Part shown: positions 47,684 to 58,696 of the stretch, in pieces | How positions within the stretch are numbered: the stretch's first letter is position 1 | Layout of the letters: every line of letters begins with the position of its first letter | Assembly: GCA_038883775.1 (NCBI GenBank) | Contig: JAVZLM010000008.1 | Coordinates: forward strand, 62,618-126,617 | Length of the DNA: 64,000 nt | Direction: 5' to 3' | From: Candidatus Bathyarchaeia archaeon | Lineage (GTDB): Archaea > Thermoproteota > Bathyarchaeia > Bathyarchaeales > Bathycorpusculaceae | Program-made: the position numbers and the translations under genes | Notes under the pieces: generated by a model | Databases searched by the model: none | Told to the model about the DNA's origin: nothing | The model's input: the letters and a program-made list of their open reading frames with translations, nothing else

Positions 47684-50590
47684 ATGAAGAGTTTCTCGGA
47701 ATCTAATGTTTTCAATACTCTTGCCCCACCAATTCAAGAAGGATTAAAGGAACTTGGCTTTTTAAAACCCACTTTGCCGCAGGTCATGGCTATTCCGCCA
47801 ATTTTTGCTGGAGAGAACGTGCTTTTGATTGCGCCAACTGGGACAGGAAAGACAGAGGCTGTTCTCCTTCCAATTTTTTCAAAACTAATTCAACAGGAAA
47901 AGAGAGACGGCATAATAATCGTTTACGTTACACCTTTAAGGGCTTTAAACCGTGACTTGTTAAAGCGTTTATCTTTTTGGGCTAATCGTTTGGACATTTC
48001 AATTGAAGTTAGACATGGCGATACAGAGTTAAGGCTACGGAGACGACAGGCTGTTTCGCCGCCACAAATGCTTGTTACCACGCCCGAAACGCTTCAAGCC
48101 ATTCTTCCAGGCTCACGCATGCGAAAGCACTTAAGCCATGTACAATTTGTTGTTGTGGATGAAGTGCATGAATTAGCCTCTAACAAGCGTGGCGTTCAGC
48201 TAACAATTGCCTTAGAACGACTGTATGAAGTTGTTGGGAAGGAGTTTCAGAGGATTGGTTTGTCAGCAACCGTCGGCAATCCAGGTGAAGTCGCAAAATT
48301 TATTGCTGGGGTAAATAGAAGCGTAAAAGTTGTTCAGGCTTTATTGCCGAAGGGTTATAGGTATCACGTGGAAAATCCAGCGCCAACAGAAGCCGACTAC
48401 GAACTGGCTGGAAAACTTCAAACTTCGCCAGAAGCTGCAGCCAGAATTAGGCGCATAGCTGAACTTGTTGACGCTCATAAGTCCACATTAATTTTTGTGA
48501 ATAGTAGACCCAACGCTGAGATGTTAGGGTATAAGTTTAGTCAATTGGGAAGGGCAGATATAGCTGTACATCATGGTTCTATATCAAAGGAGGAGCGTAT
48601 TCAAATAGAGGATGATTTTAAGGCTGGAATTTTGAAGGCAATAATTTGCACAAGCACTTTAGAATTGGGCATAGACATAGGCGACGTAGACTTGGTTATT
48701 CAATATCTTTCGCCTAGGCAAGTTAGCAGTCTAATCCAAAGAGTTGGGCGCAGCGGTCACCGTTTAGACATGCTTTCTGAAGGAGTTATTATAACAGCTT
48801 TTCCAGATGACACTCTTGAGTCTACTGCAGCCATAAGAAATGCTTATGAGAACAAAATTGAGCCAGTTTTGATTCATTATAACGCCTTAGATGTTTTAGC
48901 GCATCAAATTATTGGAATATTAATGGATAAGGGCACTGTAGAATTAAAGAAAGTTTTGGAAATTGTGCAAAGGGCATATCCATACAGAAAAATTACTCAG
49001 AAAACCCTTTTGGATGTGATATACTTTTTAGACAGCCTTAACGAATTAAGATTTGAGGAAGAAGGAAAAGTTTTGAGAAAAACACGCAAAACAAGAGGCT
49101 ACTACTATGAAAATTTAAGCATGATTCCAGACGAGAGGCGCTACCCCATAATAAACGTAATTTCAGACAGAAAAATCGGCACATTAGGCGACGAATTCAT
49201 GGCTTTGAGAGCTCGCATAGGCCTAAACTTCATTGTGAAGGGGAAAGTTTGGCGCATAGTCCAAATAGAAGAGGAAACAGGAACAGTTTACGTTGTCCCT
49301 TCAGAAGACACTTTTGCGGCTATTCCAGGATGGGACGGAGAAATGCTCCCAGTCCCATTTAACTTGGCACAAGAAACTGGAAGGTTAAGGGAAGAAATTA
49401 GAAAAGCGTTAATGGAGACTGGAAAGACTGCAGAAGCAGTAAAGAGACTTGCTGAAAAACTAAAAATAAATGAGAGTGTTTTATCAGACGCTGCAAGGGA
49501 AGTTGAGGAACACATAAAGCAGGGAGCCCCACTGCCAACACATAACCACATTCTAATTGAAGCCTTTGAAAAATACCTCATAATCCACGCTTGCTTTGGC
49601 GAAGCAGTAAACTCCACTTTAGGAGGCATATTCGACGCAATACTTTCAGACAGAGAAATTATAACTGGATGGTGGAATGACGGTTACAGAATACTAATTG
49701 AAACTTCAAGAAACCTAACGCAGCAAGAAGTTGAAAAAATGCCAGAAACTCTCTTTAAACTTTCTGATGAAGAAGTGGAGAAAGCCTTCAAAGATTATTT
49801 AGAGGCAAGGTTCCCATTCGCTTACAAAATGAAGTTTGTAGCCGAACGTTTCGGAGCATTGCCTCGTAGAAAAACTATGGGTCCAAAAAGGCAGAGCCAA
49901 CTTCTAAACCAGTTTAAGGGGACGCCAATTTATGATGAAACCTTGCGAGAAGCCATGTTGGAAAAGGTGAACGTCGAAAAAGTGAAGGAAATAATGCAGG
50001 CAATTAAAGATGGAAAAATGAAAGTTAGCACTTTATATCGCCATGAAAAGCCAACGCCTTTAGCCTTCCATATTCTGGCGAAATATTCGGACCTTTCGGA
50101 GTTAATGGCTCCCGAAAGAGTATTGTTAAATAACATAGAAAAAATGAAAAAAGCTATTGAAGCAAGAACAGTCACGCTACTGTGCATGTCATGTGGCGAA
50201 TGGGCATGCGAAGAAAAAATCAGGGATTTGCCACCACACCTAACATGCAAAAAATGTGGGTCAAGGCTTTTGGCGCTTTTACATCCGAAACAAGATGTCA
50301 ATCATTTAAAAGAATTTTTGAAGAGAAGACGTGAAGCAAAAGAGTTCAGCGAAGAAGAGCTTAAAGAATTAACGAACGTAAGACGTACTGCTGACCTAAT
50401 TTTAAGTTATGGCAAGAAGGCAGTTATAGCCTTGGAAGTTAAAGGAGTTGGTCCAGAAACAGCTTTTAGAATTCTCGGAAAAATGCACCCAAGAGAAGAC
50501 GAATTTTACATCGACTTATTAAAAGCAAAAATTCAGTATCTGCGAACTCGAGAATATTGGAAAGATCGAGAAAACCGAATACGCGCATGA
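47684..50590 (+). CDS. lhr: Lhr-family ATP-dependent helicase
   Basis: APTGTGKT, DEVH, LSAT, QRVGRSGH; C-terminal CxxC pairs. Confidence 0.9.
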   Translation: MKSFSESNVFNTLAPPIQEGLKELGFLKPTLPQVMAIPPIFAGENVLLIAPTGTGKTEAVLLPIFSKLIQQEKRDGIIIVYVTPLRALNRDLLKRLSFWANRLDISIEVRHGDTELRLRRRQAVSPPQMLVTTPETLQAILPGSRMRKHLSHVQFVVVDEVHELASNKRGVQLTIALERLYEVVGKEFQRIGLSATVGNPGEVAKFIAGVNRSVKVVQALLPKGYRYHVENPAPTEADYELAGKLQTSPEAAARIRRIAELVDAHKSTLIFVNSRPNAEMLGYKFSQLGRADIAVHHGSISKEERIQIEDDFKAGILKAIICTSTLELGIDIGDVDLVIQYLSPRQVSSLIQRVGRSGHRLDMLSEGVIITAFPDDTLESTAAIRNAYENKIEPVLIHYNALDVLAHQIIGILMDKGTVELKKVLEIVQRAYPYRKITQKTLLDVIYFLDSLNELRFEEEGKVLRKTRKTRGYYYENLSMIPDERRYPIINVISDRKIGTLGDEFMALRARIGLNFIVKGKVWRIVQIEEETGTVYVVPSEDTFAAIPGWDGEMLPVPFNLAQETGRLREEIRKALMETGKTAEAVKRLAEKLKINESVLSDAAREVEEHIKQGAPLPTHNHILIEAFEKYLIIHACFGEAVNSTLGGIFDAILSDREIITGWWNDGYRILIETSRNLTQQEVEKMPETLFKLSDEEVEKAFKDYLEARFPFAYKMKFVAERFGALPRRKTMGPKRQSQLLNQFKGTPIYDETLREAMLEKVNVEKVKEIMQAIKDGKMKVSTLYRHEKPTPLAFHILAKYSDLSELMAPERVLLNNIEKMKKAIEARTVTLLCMSCGEWACEEKIRDLPPHLTCKKCGSRLLALLHPKQDVNHLKEFLKRRREAKEFSEEELKELTNVRRTADLILSYGKKAVIALEVKGVGPETAFRILGKMHPREDEFYIDLLKAKIQYLRTREYWKDRENRIRA

Positions 50591-50655
50591 AAGCCGAGAT
50601 CATAGTTTAAGACTATTATTTTTAAAGAATTAACTTAAACAAGAATAGTTTAACG

Positions 50656-51822
50656 CTAATAGGATTTTGGTAATCCTAAAACGTGTTGTCCGATGAAGGC
50701 TAATGCCATTTGCTGCGTGACCGGAGCCAGTCGAATGAGGTTTATTTCTCTCCACCATCTTTCCACGTCATATTCTACAGCATAGCCGTATCCGCCGAAA
50801 GTTTGCATTGCGTGATAAACAGCGCTTGTGCCAGCTTCTACAGCGGTTACTTTTGCCATGTTTGCTTCTGCGCCGCATTCCATCCCCTTGTCATAAAGCC
50901 ATGCAGCCTTATAATTTAAAAGTCTAGCAGCTTCAATTCTTGCTTTAGCCTCTGCCAATGGAAACTGAAGCGCTTGATGCGAACCGATTGGTGCATCAAA
51001 AACCCTTCTTTCTTTTGCATATTCTACAGCCTTTCTTATTGCTAGAAGACCTAGGCCGCAAGCTGCGGCTGAAAAGGACATGCGTTCTGGATTAAGCGTA
51101 TCCAATAGAAGATACCAGCCTTTGTCAACTTCGCCGAGCAGGTTTTCTGCTGGAATTTTAAGGTCGTTTATGTAAACTTCAAAGGTTTTTGAGTAGTTGA
51201 TTCCATGTTTTTCTATAGGGATGATTTCGATGGCTGGGTTTGGCAAGTCCACAAGGAAAAGGCTTAAGCCCAAAGTTCTTTTCGGAGCCTTTTCCAATGG
51301 CGTTGTTCTTGTTACTAGAAGCATTCCTTTGGCTCTATCAGCGCCTGAAATAAACATTTTCTGACCATTAACCCTATACCAGTCTTCTTCTTTTACGGCG
51401 GCTGTTTTAATGTTTAGCGTATTCGTTCCAGCGTCTGGTTCTGTTAGGGCTAAACAGAACTCTAAACCTTTGGCGATTTTTGGCAAATATTTCTCCTTTT
51501 GCTTTTCATTTCCATGCTTTACTATGGATAAACCGCCAAAAACGGAAGACAAACAAAGGAACCATTCTCCAGCCAAACCGCAACCTTCAGAAACAAGTGT
51601 TTCCATAGCCAAAAGCATTTCAAACATTCCCATTCCGCCGCCGCCATACTTCTCTGGAATTATTATGCCTGGAAAACCAGCATCCACTAGGCTTTTCCAA
51701 AAGTCTTCTGGAAACTCGTGTTTCTTGTCTTTCTCTCGCCAATATTCTGGTCCAAAATCTTTAGCTATGTCAGACGCTGCCTCCACAATCATTTTCTGTT
51801 CAGCGGTTAACTCAAAATCCAA
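50656..51822 (-). CDS. Acyl-CoA dehydrogenase
   Basis: LTEPDAGT, NGQKMFIS, QTFGGYGY. Confidence 0.92.
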   Translation of the reverse strand: MDFELTAEQKMIVEAASDIAKDFGPEYWREKDKKHEFPEDFWKSLVDAGFPGIIIPEKYGGGGMGMFEMLLAMETLVSEGCGLAGEWFLCLSSVFGGLSIVKHGNEKQKEKYLPKIAKGLEFCLALTEPDAGTNTLNIKTAAVKEEDWYRVNGQKMFISGADRAKGMLLVTRTTPLEKAPKRTLGLSLFLVDLPNPAIEIIPIEKHGINYSKTFEVYINDLKIPAENLLGEVDKGWYLLLDTLNPERMSFSAAACGLGLLAIRKAVEYAKERRVFDAPIGSHQALQFPLAEAKARIEAARLLNYKAAWLYDKGMECGAEANMAKVTAVEAGTSAVYHAMQTFGGYGYAVEYDVERWWREINLIRLAPVTQQMALAFIGQHVLGLPKSY

Positions 51823-52068
51823 ACTTTACCACCAAAGTTATTGCAGAATAATTTTGAAACCATATAAAACTCTTTCTTGACAACTGCCGACAATTATATC
51901 CTATAACGCGCAAAAATATAAAATGGGCTTAGAGACAAAACTTTAGACCCGAAGTATATTCTAAATTATAGGAAGAATGTGACATAAATGGCGGTATCAG
52001 AACCCGAAATGCCATGAATGTTAAATCATAAAAGTGTACGATTATTGAAACGAAATAAAAGAGAGAAG

Positions 52069-52614
52069 CTAAAGCTCAAGTGAAACGCCATAAGAGTCTT
52101 TAAAGAATATTTCCTTAAACGCCTTTCTAGGTCTTGGTGGCGGGCTTTCGTCTGGAACGCCTATGGGGAGTAAGGCAACAACTGCCAGGTTTTCGGGAAT
52201 TTTCAAAATCCGTTTAACCTCTTCTTGGTTGAATGCTCCAATCCAACATGTTCCGTATCCAAGGGCGGTTGCTGCCAAAACCATATGTTCTATGGCTATC
52301 ATTGGGTCTTGTAAATGGGATATTCTTGTTGTTGAAGGTGTGTAAGGCATTTTTACGGAAGAAGCGCTTGGGTCGCCCAAAGCTGCAATTATAACGCCTG
52401 CGTCTGCAATGAACTTTTGATTATTTGCCGCTATAGACAATGCCCTTCGTGTTTCTGCATCCCTTACAACTATGAAATACCATGGCTGACGGTTGCCGCC
52501 AGAAGGAGCCAAACGCCCAGCCTCTAAAATTTTTCTTAAATCTCCATTCTTTACTGGTTCTGGCTTGAACCTTCGTATGCTTCTCCTTTTTTCAATAACT
52601 TCAAATATGCTCAT
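52069..52614 (-). CDS. Nitroreductase family protein
   Basis: RRSIRRF, APSGGNRQPW, GYGTCWIG. Confidence 0.92.
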   Translation of the reverse strand: MSIFEVIEKRRSIRRFKPEPVKNGDLRKILEAGRLAPSGGNRQPWYFIVVRDAETRRALSIAANNQKFIADAGVIIAALGDPSASSVKMPYTPSTTRISHLQDPMIAIEHMVLAATALGYGTCWIGAFNQEEVKRILKIPENLAVVALLPIGVPDESPPPRPRKAFKEIFFKDSYGVSLEL

Positions 52615-52753
52615 ACTCTTCACTTTTGTTTTGTTTTATGAAATTCAACCTAAAATAATTTAGGTTTGCGGTGTGGGTGGATAAGTCAATTTTATATGAA
52701 TGGCTGTTAAATTATAAGATGCGCATCGGTTTGATTATTGGAAAGTGCGTTAA

Positions 52754-54097
52754 ATGAGGAAAACAATATTTAAGAAACTTGAGGCTCAGGGTTTAATCGC
52801 AAACTATAACCATTATAGAAAAAATTTGCCTCCAAAGCTTCCAGAAAGAGTTTTCATTTGGGACGAAACTCTTAGGGAAGGAATCCTAACCCCAACAGTA
52901 CTTCTAACCTATGTGGAGAAGGTTAAGCTTGCCAAAATGATGGATGAAATAGGTGTTTCCCTAATAACTGTTGGTTTTCCAGCTATATCCGAAGAAGAGA
53001 GAAACGATGTAAGAAGAATTGCAAATGAGGGCTTTCAAAATGCACACTTGGCAGCATCAGCACGCATAATTAAAAGCGATATAGATGCTTGCTTAGAATG
53101 TGGCATAAGAGAAATCTTAATTTCCACGCCTTTTAATGGATTAAATCTTAATTATAGGCTTAAAATGACAAAAGAACAAGTTTTAGAAAAAACCGTAGAA
53201 GCCATAGAATACGCAAAAAAGCAAGGAGCAAAAGTTGATTTTACTTTAGAAGATGCTTCTAGAACGCCACTTGAAGATATTTTACAAATTTTTGAGGCTG
53301 CTGTGAAAGCTGGAGCAGAAAGATTAGTAATTGCAGATACTGTTGGATTTTTAAGACCATTATCTATGCGCTATCTTATATCCCATATAAGAGAAGAGCT
53401 TTCACAAAAATTCAACAAGGAAATTCCCCTATCAGTACATTGCCACAACGATTTTGGTTTAGCAACAGCTAATACCCTCGCCGCCGTAGAGGAAGGCGTA
53501 AGTTATGTGCACACTTGTGTTGCTGGTTTTGGTGAAAGGGCGGGATTAGCGCCTATGGAAGAAGTTGTGGTTGCTTTAGAACTACTTTATGATATAGATA
53601 CTGGCTTGGATTTGAAGAAACTTTATAGACTCGCACAGTTAGTTGAGAAAAGTTTTGCATTACCAATACAATATCATAAACCAATAATTGGCGAAAACGC
53701 TTTTTCCTACGAAGTAGATGAACATATCCATGGCATGCTGGCCCATCCTCTAATATATGAGCCTTTTCCACCAGAAATAATCGAAAGAGAAATCACTTTT
53801 TATCTTGGAAAACAAAGCGGAAGGCACCTTGTGGAAAACCGCTTGACATCAGTAGGAATCAAAGCCACTCCATGGCAGATAGACGAAATAGTCAGAAGAA
53901 TAAGGAATGCACAAGAAAGTCAAGACAAAGGCGGAACACAGATGACTTTTTACCAAATAAAAAAACTTTTGAAGGATTTGAGGAAGGGCTTAACAGAGGA
54001 GGAATTCTGGAAAATAGTTGAACAAGTAACAAAGCAAAAACCAAAAATCTCCATAAAACCCGAAACTGAAAAACTTTTAGAAACAACAAAACAATAA
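52754..54097 (+). CDS. DRE-TIM metallolyase, isopropylmalate/homocitrate/citramalate synthase-like (divergent)
   Basis: DETLREG, EDASR, DTVG, HCHNDFGLATAN, GFGERAG. Confidence 0.8.
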   Translation: MRKTIFKKLEAQGLIANYNHYRKNLPPKLPERVFIWDETLREGILTPTVLLTYVEKVKLAKMMDEIGVSLITVGFPAISEEERNDVRRIANEGFQNAHLAASARIIKSDIDACLECGIREILISTPFNGLNLNYRLKMTKEQVLEKTVEAIEYAKKQGAKVDFTLEDASRTPLEDILQIFEAAVKAGAERLVIADTVGFLRPLSMRYLISHIREELSQKFNKEIPLSVHCHNDFGLATANTLAAVEEGVSYVHTCVAGFGERAGLAPMEEVVVALELLYDIDTGLDLKKLYRLAQLVEKSFALPIQYHKPIIGENAFSYEVDEHIHGMLAHPLIYEPFPPEIIEREITFYLGKQSGRHLVENRLTSVGIKATPWQIDEIVRRIRNAQESQDKGGTQMTFYQIKKLLKDLRKGLTEEEFWKIVEQVTKQKPKISIKPETEKLLETTKQ

Positions 54098-54128
54098 AAC
54101 TCACCTAATGTTTAAGCGGGTGGGCGCG

Positions 54129-56090
54129 ATGAGAAAACCCCTTTGGACACCGTCGCAAGAACGCATAAAAAAGGCTAACATAACCCGCTTCATTGAATTT
54201 GTAAACAAAAAATGCAACCTAAAAATAGATTCTTACAGTGAGCTTTATAAATGGTCCATCGAAAACATTCCAAACTTCTGGGAGTGCATGTGGGAATTTG
54301 CCCAAATAAAAGCCTCCCGCAAATACGACATGGTGGTTGACGATTTAAGCAAGTTTCCCGGCGCGCAATGGTTTGTTGGCGCTCGGCTTAACTTTGCAGA
54401 AAACCTCTTAAAACATAGAGACGAATATCTCGCTTTCATATTTAGAGGAGAAAACCAAAAAACAAATAGACTAACCTACAAGCAGCTTTATCATTCCGTA
54501 GCCCAATTAGCAAACCCGCTGCGCGAAATCGGAGTCAGTCCCGGAGACCGTGTAGTCGCTTACATGCCAAACATCACAGAAACGCCGATTGCCATGCTTG
54601 CGACAACAAGCATCGGCGCCATATGGTCTTCATGCGGAACAGAACTAGGTCCGGGCGCCGTTATAGACCGTTTTAGCCAAATAAGTCCCAAAGTCTTGTT
54701 TACTGTTGATGGTTATCCATATAAGGGAAAAACCTTTGATGTTTTGGCTAATGTCGAAAAAATTGTGAAGGGCGTGCCTTCCCTTGAAAAAGTTATTGTA
54801 GTTCCTTATGTGGCGGAAAAGCCTAACCTTGCAAATGTTCCAAAATCAGTAAACTATAGCGATTTTGTATCTTCACATGGACAAACAAAGATTGAATTTG
54901 AACAGTTACCAGCAGACCATCCCATATATATAATGTTTTCTTCTGGGACTACTGGTAAGCCAAAATGTATGGTTCAAGGCGCTGCTGGAATTCTAATAAA
55001 CCATCTTAAAGAGTTAATTCTCCACACAGACCTGAAACGTGAAGACAGGATTTTCTATATAACCTCTCCAAGCTGGATGATGTGGAACTGGTTGATTAGC
55101 TCCCTAGCTGTTGGCGCCACCATTGTATTGTATGATGGTAACCCTAATTATCCAGACTGGGGCGCCATGTGGAAACTTGTCCAAGAAGAGAAAATAACAA
55201 TCTTTGGCTGCAGCGCTAGCTACATAAACTACTTAAGAAGTGTGGGCGCAAAACCAGGAAAAGTTTACGACTTATCATCCTTGCGCGAAATATCTCAAAC
55301 AGGCTCGCCCCTTTCGGCTGAAGGCTTTGAATACGTTTACAGAGAAATCAAAGAAGATTTGCATTTCAACTCTATTTCTGGAGGAACAGACATAAACGGT
55401 TGCTTCGCCGCTGGAACACCCATCCAACCTGTATATGCTGGAGAACTTCAAGGTCCAGCATTAGGAATGAAAGTAAAAGCTTATGATGAGAAAGGCGATT
55501 CTGTGGTTGACCGTGAAGCAGAGCTTGTTTGTGAAGCCCCAGCGCCTTCAATGCCAATTTATTTCTGGAACGACCCAGACGGCAAAAAATACAGAGACGC
55601 ATACTTCAGCTTCTACCCTAACGTTTGGCGCCACGGCGACTGGATTCTAATCCACAGCGACACTGGCGGAATAACCTTTCTTGGACGCTCAGATTTTACG
55701 CTAAAGCCTTCTGGAGTGCGCATAGGCCCAGCCGAAATCTACAGCGTAGTAGAGAAATTTGAAGAAGTTGCTGATTGTGTTGTTGCTGGACAAGATTGGA
55801 AAGGCGACCAACGCATAATTCTCTTCGTAAAACTCGCTCCCAAATTCAAATTAACTGAAGAATTAAAGAACAGAATTAAAAAGGCCTTAAGGGAGGAGGC
55901 TTCTCCAAGGCATGTTCCAGCATTAATCATCGAGGCGCCTGATATTCCATACACCTTCAACATGAAGAAAGTTGAAAGTGCAGTTTCGAACATAATAAAT
56001 GGTAGACCTGTCACAAACAGGGATGCCCTAATCAATCCGGAATCGCTTGACTTCTTCGAAAAGATTCTTCCAAAACTTCAAAAAGAATAA
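54129..56090 (+). CDS. Acetoacetate--CoA ligase
   Basis: GARLNFAENLL, FSSGTTGKPK, WMMWNW, SISGGTD. Confidence 0.9.
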   Translation: MRKPLWTPSQERIKKANITRFIEFVNKKCNLKIDSYSELYKWSIENIPNFWECMWEFAQIKASRKYDMVVDDLSKFPGAQWFVGARLNFAENLLKHRDEYLAFIFRGENQKTNRLTYKQLYHSVAQLANPLREIGVSPGDRVVAYMPNITETPIAMLATTSIGAIWSSCGTELGPGAVIDRFSQISPKVLFTVDGYPYKGKTFDVLANVEKIVKGVPSLEKVIVVPYVAEKPNLANVPKSVNYSDFVSSHGQTKIEFEQLPADHPIYIMFSSGTTGKPKCMVQGAAGILINHLKELILHTDLKREDRIFYITSPSWMMWNWLISSLAVGATIVLYDGNPNYPDWGAMWKLVQEEKITIFGCSASYINYLRSVGAKPGKVYDLSSLREISQTGSPLSAEGFEYVYREIKEDLHFNSISGGTDINGCFAAGTPIQPVYAGELQGPALGMKVKAYDEKGDSVVDREAELVCEAPAPSMPIYFWNDPDGKKYRDAYFSFYPNVWRHGDWILIHSDTGGITFLGRSDFTLKPSGVRIGPAEIYSVVEKFEEVADCVVAGQDWKGDQRIILFVKLAPKFKLTEELKNRIKKALREEASPRHVPALIIEAPDIPYTFNMKKVESAVSNIINGRPVTNRDALINPESLDFFEKILPKLQKE

Positions 56091-56096
56091 GTAAAA

Positions 56097-57434
56097 TCAA
56101 ATAGCCTTCCTTAAGTCCTTAACTCTTTTAGATTTTCCAACGAATCTTGGCAATGTACCATATGGAACCAATTCCACGTTTGCTTTCACACCAACTATAG
56201 ATTTGACTTGTTCTTCTATTTCTTTAGCCAAACCTTGAAGCTTCAACAAATCCCCACTCACACTTTCATACAGTTCCTTGTTTGGCTCTAAACGTAAAGT
56301 CATGATGTCGAGCTCCTCGGGTCTTTCAATAACTATCTCATAATTTTCCGAGGTGCCCCTCACAGTTAACAATGCATGTTCAACGGTTTTCGGCCAGAAT
56401 TTTACGCCTCTAACCTTTATCATGTCATCTGCCCTTCCATAAACTCTTCCCATTCTTGCAAGGGTTCTGCCGCATGAGCACTTTTCGGTTTTTAGGAATG
56501 TTATGTCGCCTGTTCTAAATCTGAGGACTGGAGTGGCTTCTCTGGTTAAAGTTGTCAGCACCAATTCGCCTGTTTCACCTTCCTCAACCCTTTCGCCAGT
56601 TTTTGGGTCAATTATTTCTGGCAAGAAATGGTCTTCCTGAATGTGAAGTCCATCATGTTGCTGGCATTCCACGGAAACACCAGGCCCAATAACTTCTGAC
56701 AAGCCATAAATGTCGAAGGCTTCTAACCCTAAAAGTTCTTCAATTCTTTCCCTTAATTCTTCCGACCATGTTTCGGCGCCGAATAAGCCGCTTTTCCATT
56801 TCAATTCTTTTGTTGGGTCTATCCCCATTTTTTCCCTTGCATATCTGCCAATATGGGCTGCGTAACTGGGTGTGCATGCAAGAATAGTGGTTCCATACTC
56901 TTTTGCGAGGGTTATTTGTCTTTCTGTCTCGCCTGCTGCTATTGGTAGTATTGTTGCGCCTATTTCTAATGCCCCATAATGGAAGCCCAAGCCACCTGTG
57001 AATAAGCCGTATCCATAGGCGTTTTGCACGATGTCACCCTTTTTTGTTCCGGCAGAAGCGTATATTCTTGCCATAACTTTTGACCAAACTTCCAAGTCGC
57101 TTTTAGTATAGGCGCATGTGGTTGGGTGTCCGGTTGTTCCAGAACTGGCATGCAGCTCGAGAACGTCGCATAAGTTTGCAGCCAGCATTTCATAGGGGTA
57201 GGCTTTCCGCAAATCTTCCTTTTCTGTAAAAGGTATTTTTTCTAAATCATCCAAACTTTTTATGTCGTTGGGCTTTATTCCAGTATCGTTAAACTTTCTT
57301 CTGTAAATTGGAACTTTTTCATAACAATATTTCACCATTTTTGTTAGCCTTTCTTCCTGCAATTTTAAAAGCTTATCCCTAGACATCTTTTCAAATTCTG
57401 GTTGAAAAATCCAGCTTCCAACAGAACCCTTCAT
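56097..57434 (-). CDS. paaK: Phenylacetate--CoA ligase family protein
   Basis: HASSGTTG, YGYGLFTGGLG, DIYGLSE, GRADDM. Confidence 0.88.
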   Translation of the reverse strand: MKGSVGSWIFQPEFEKMSRDKLLKLQEERLTKMVKYCYEKVPIYRRKFNDTGIKPNDIKSLDDLEKIPFTEKEDLRKAYPYEMLAANLCDVLELHASSGTTGHPTTCAYTKSDLEVWSKVMARIYASAGTKKGDIVQNAYGYGLFTGGLGFHYGALEIGATILPIAAGETERQITLAKEYGTTILACTPSYAAHIGRYAREKMGIDPTKELKWKSGLFGAETWSEELRERIEELLGLEAFDIYGLSEVIGPGVSVECQQHDGLHIQEDHFLPEIIDPKTGERVEEGETGELVLTTLTREATPVLRFRTGDITFLKTEKCSCGRTLARMGRVYGRADDMIKVRGVKFWPKTVEHALLTVRGTSENYEIVIERPEELDIMTLRLEPNKELYESVSGDLLKLQGLAKEIEEQVKSIVGVKANVELVPYGTLPRFVGKSKRVKDLRKAI

Positions 57435-57554
57435 TTTTCCACCGTATATTTCCTTATCATGTAAAGGCAATCAAATTAAATTTTGTGATATGTTGCTGTG
57501 AAATAGGTTGATTCGTCAAACATCTTGATGATCAATTTTACTTAGCTCCCGTCT

Positions 57555-58598
57555 TTATAGGTTTAGTTGCCTTTTTATTTCAGATAACTCTTCTTCGCTT
57601 ATTTTCCTTGGATAATTGTAAATTGGTCCGCTTGGCTTTTCATTGTAGTATGGACGATTGCAGTTTGGGCATCCTGAAGTAAGGAAGGGTTCGCCCGATT
57701 GAATGGTCTGTAGTAAAGTTTTTTTGTCAACTCCAAAATCGCTTATGCAACCTTCACCATTAAAGTGCATGTTCTCGCATCTGGTGATTCCATGAACTAT
57801 TAGGTGTCTGGCAATTTGAATTCGCCTATAAACTTGAATTGATGGTTGGGGAATGCTTTCTAATGCTGTTCCAGCAATTGGTGTGAATGCGAAAAGCGCT
57901 GGCAGAACACCCAGGTCAACACATTGCTGAATTGTTTCAATCATTTCCCTTTCAGTTTCTCCCAAACCAACAATAAGATGCGTGCTGACTTTTCCTTTTC
58001 CGAAAATATGAACAGCTTCGCTTAATAGTTTAAATTGATTTTTCCAACGATAGGGACCTCCAGCTGCAAACCCCTTAATTATGTCAAAAAGTTTTTCAGA
58101 AGCAGCATCTAGTGGAATGCCAATTCTTTCGGCTCCAGCTTCAGCCAACACTTTTATGTTTAGGTTATTTTTGGGTTGACATGACACGGATATAGGAGCA
58201 TTAACTTTTTGGCGAATGGTTTTTATGAGAGCTTGCAGATGTATGAAAACTTTTGGATAGTTTAAGGCTTGAAAGCAAACACGCTTTATTTCACCCTTTT
58301 TCACCGCTTCATCTATTTTATTAAACACTTTTTCTGTAGAAAAAACTGGCCATGAAACTCTTGAAAGCATGTCACTTCTACCGCTGCTTCCTCTAGCTTG
58401 GGAACAAAAACCGCAGTTTGCTGTGCATTTTCCTTTTTTATACGTCATCAGATAAGCAGTTGTCGGTGCAGCTTCAAGCTTTCCGATTAAAAGCCCAAGA
58501 ACTAAAGCTGACCCTAATGAAACCCGAATTTTTTTTGGTAACTCCTTCTGGTGGAAGGTGCTTTGCGGTTCTGTTGAGTTTTTCATGGAGCGCTTCAT
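57555..58598 (-). CDS. Radical SAM protein, archaeal lipoyl synthase subunit LipS2-like
   Basis: CTANCGFC plus C-terminal TSGCPNCNRP motif. Confidence 0.78.
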   Translation of the reverse strand: MKRSMKNSTEPQSTFHQKELPKKIRVSLGSALVLGLLIGKLEAAPTTAYLMTYKKGKCTANCGFCSQARGSSGRSDMLSRVSWPVFSTEKVFNKIDEAVKKGEIKRVCFQALNYPKVFIHLQALIKTIRQKVNAPISVSCQPKNNLNIKVLAEAGAERIGIPLDAASEKLFDIIKGFAAGGPYRWKNQFKLLSEAVHIFGKGKVSTHLIVGLGETEREMIETIQQCVDLGVLPALFAFTPIAGTALESIPQPSIQVYRRIQIARHLIVHGITRCENMHFNGEGCISDFGVDKKTLLQTIQSGEPFLTSGCPNCNRPYYNEKPSGPIYNYPRKISEEELSEIKRQLNL

Positions 58599-58696
58599 TA
58601 GGTGAATTCCCTATTAGGGCTAAAAAACATTTGGAATTTCTTTTGCGTATCGAAACTTTTAAATGCGTTTCTGCAAACCCATAAAGGGCGATATCT

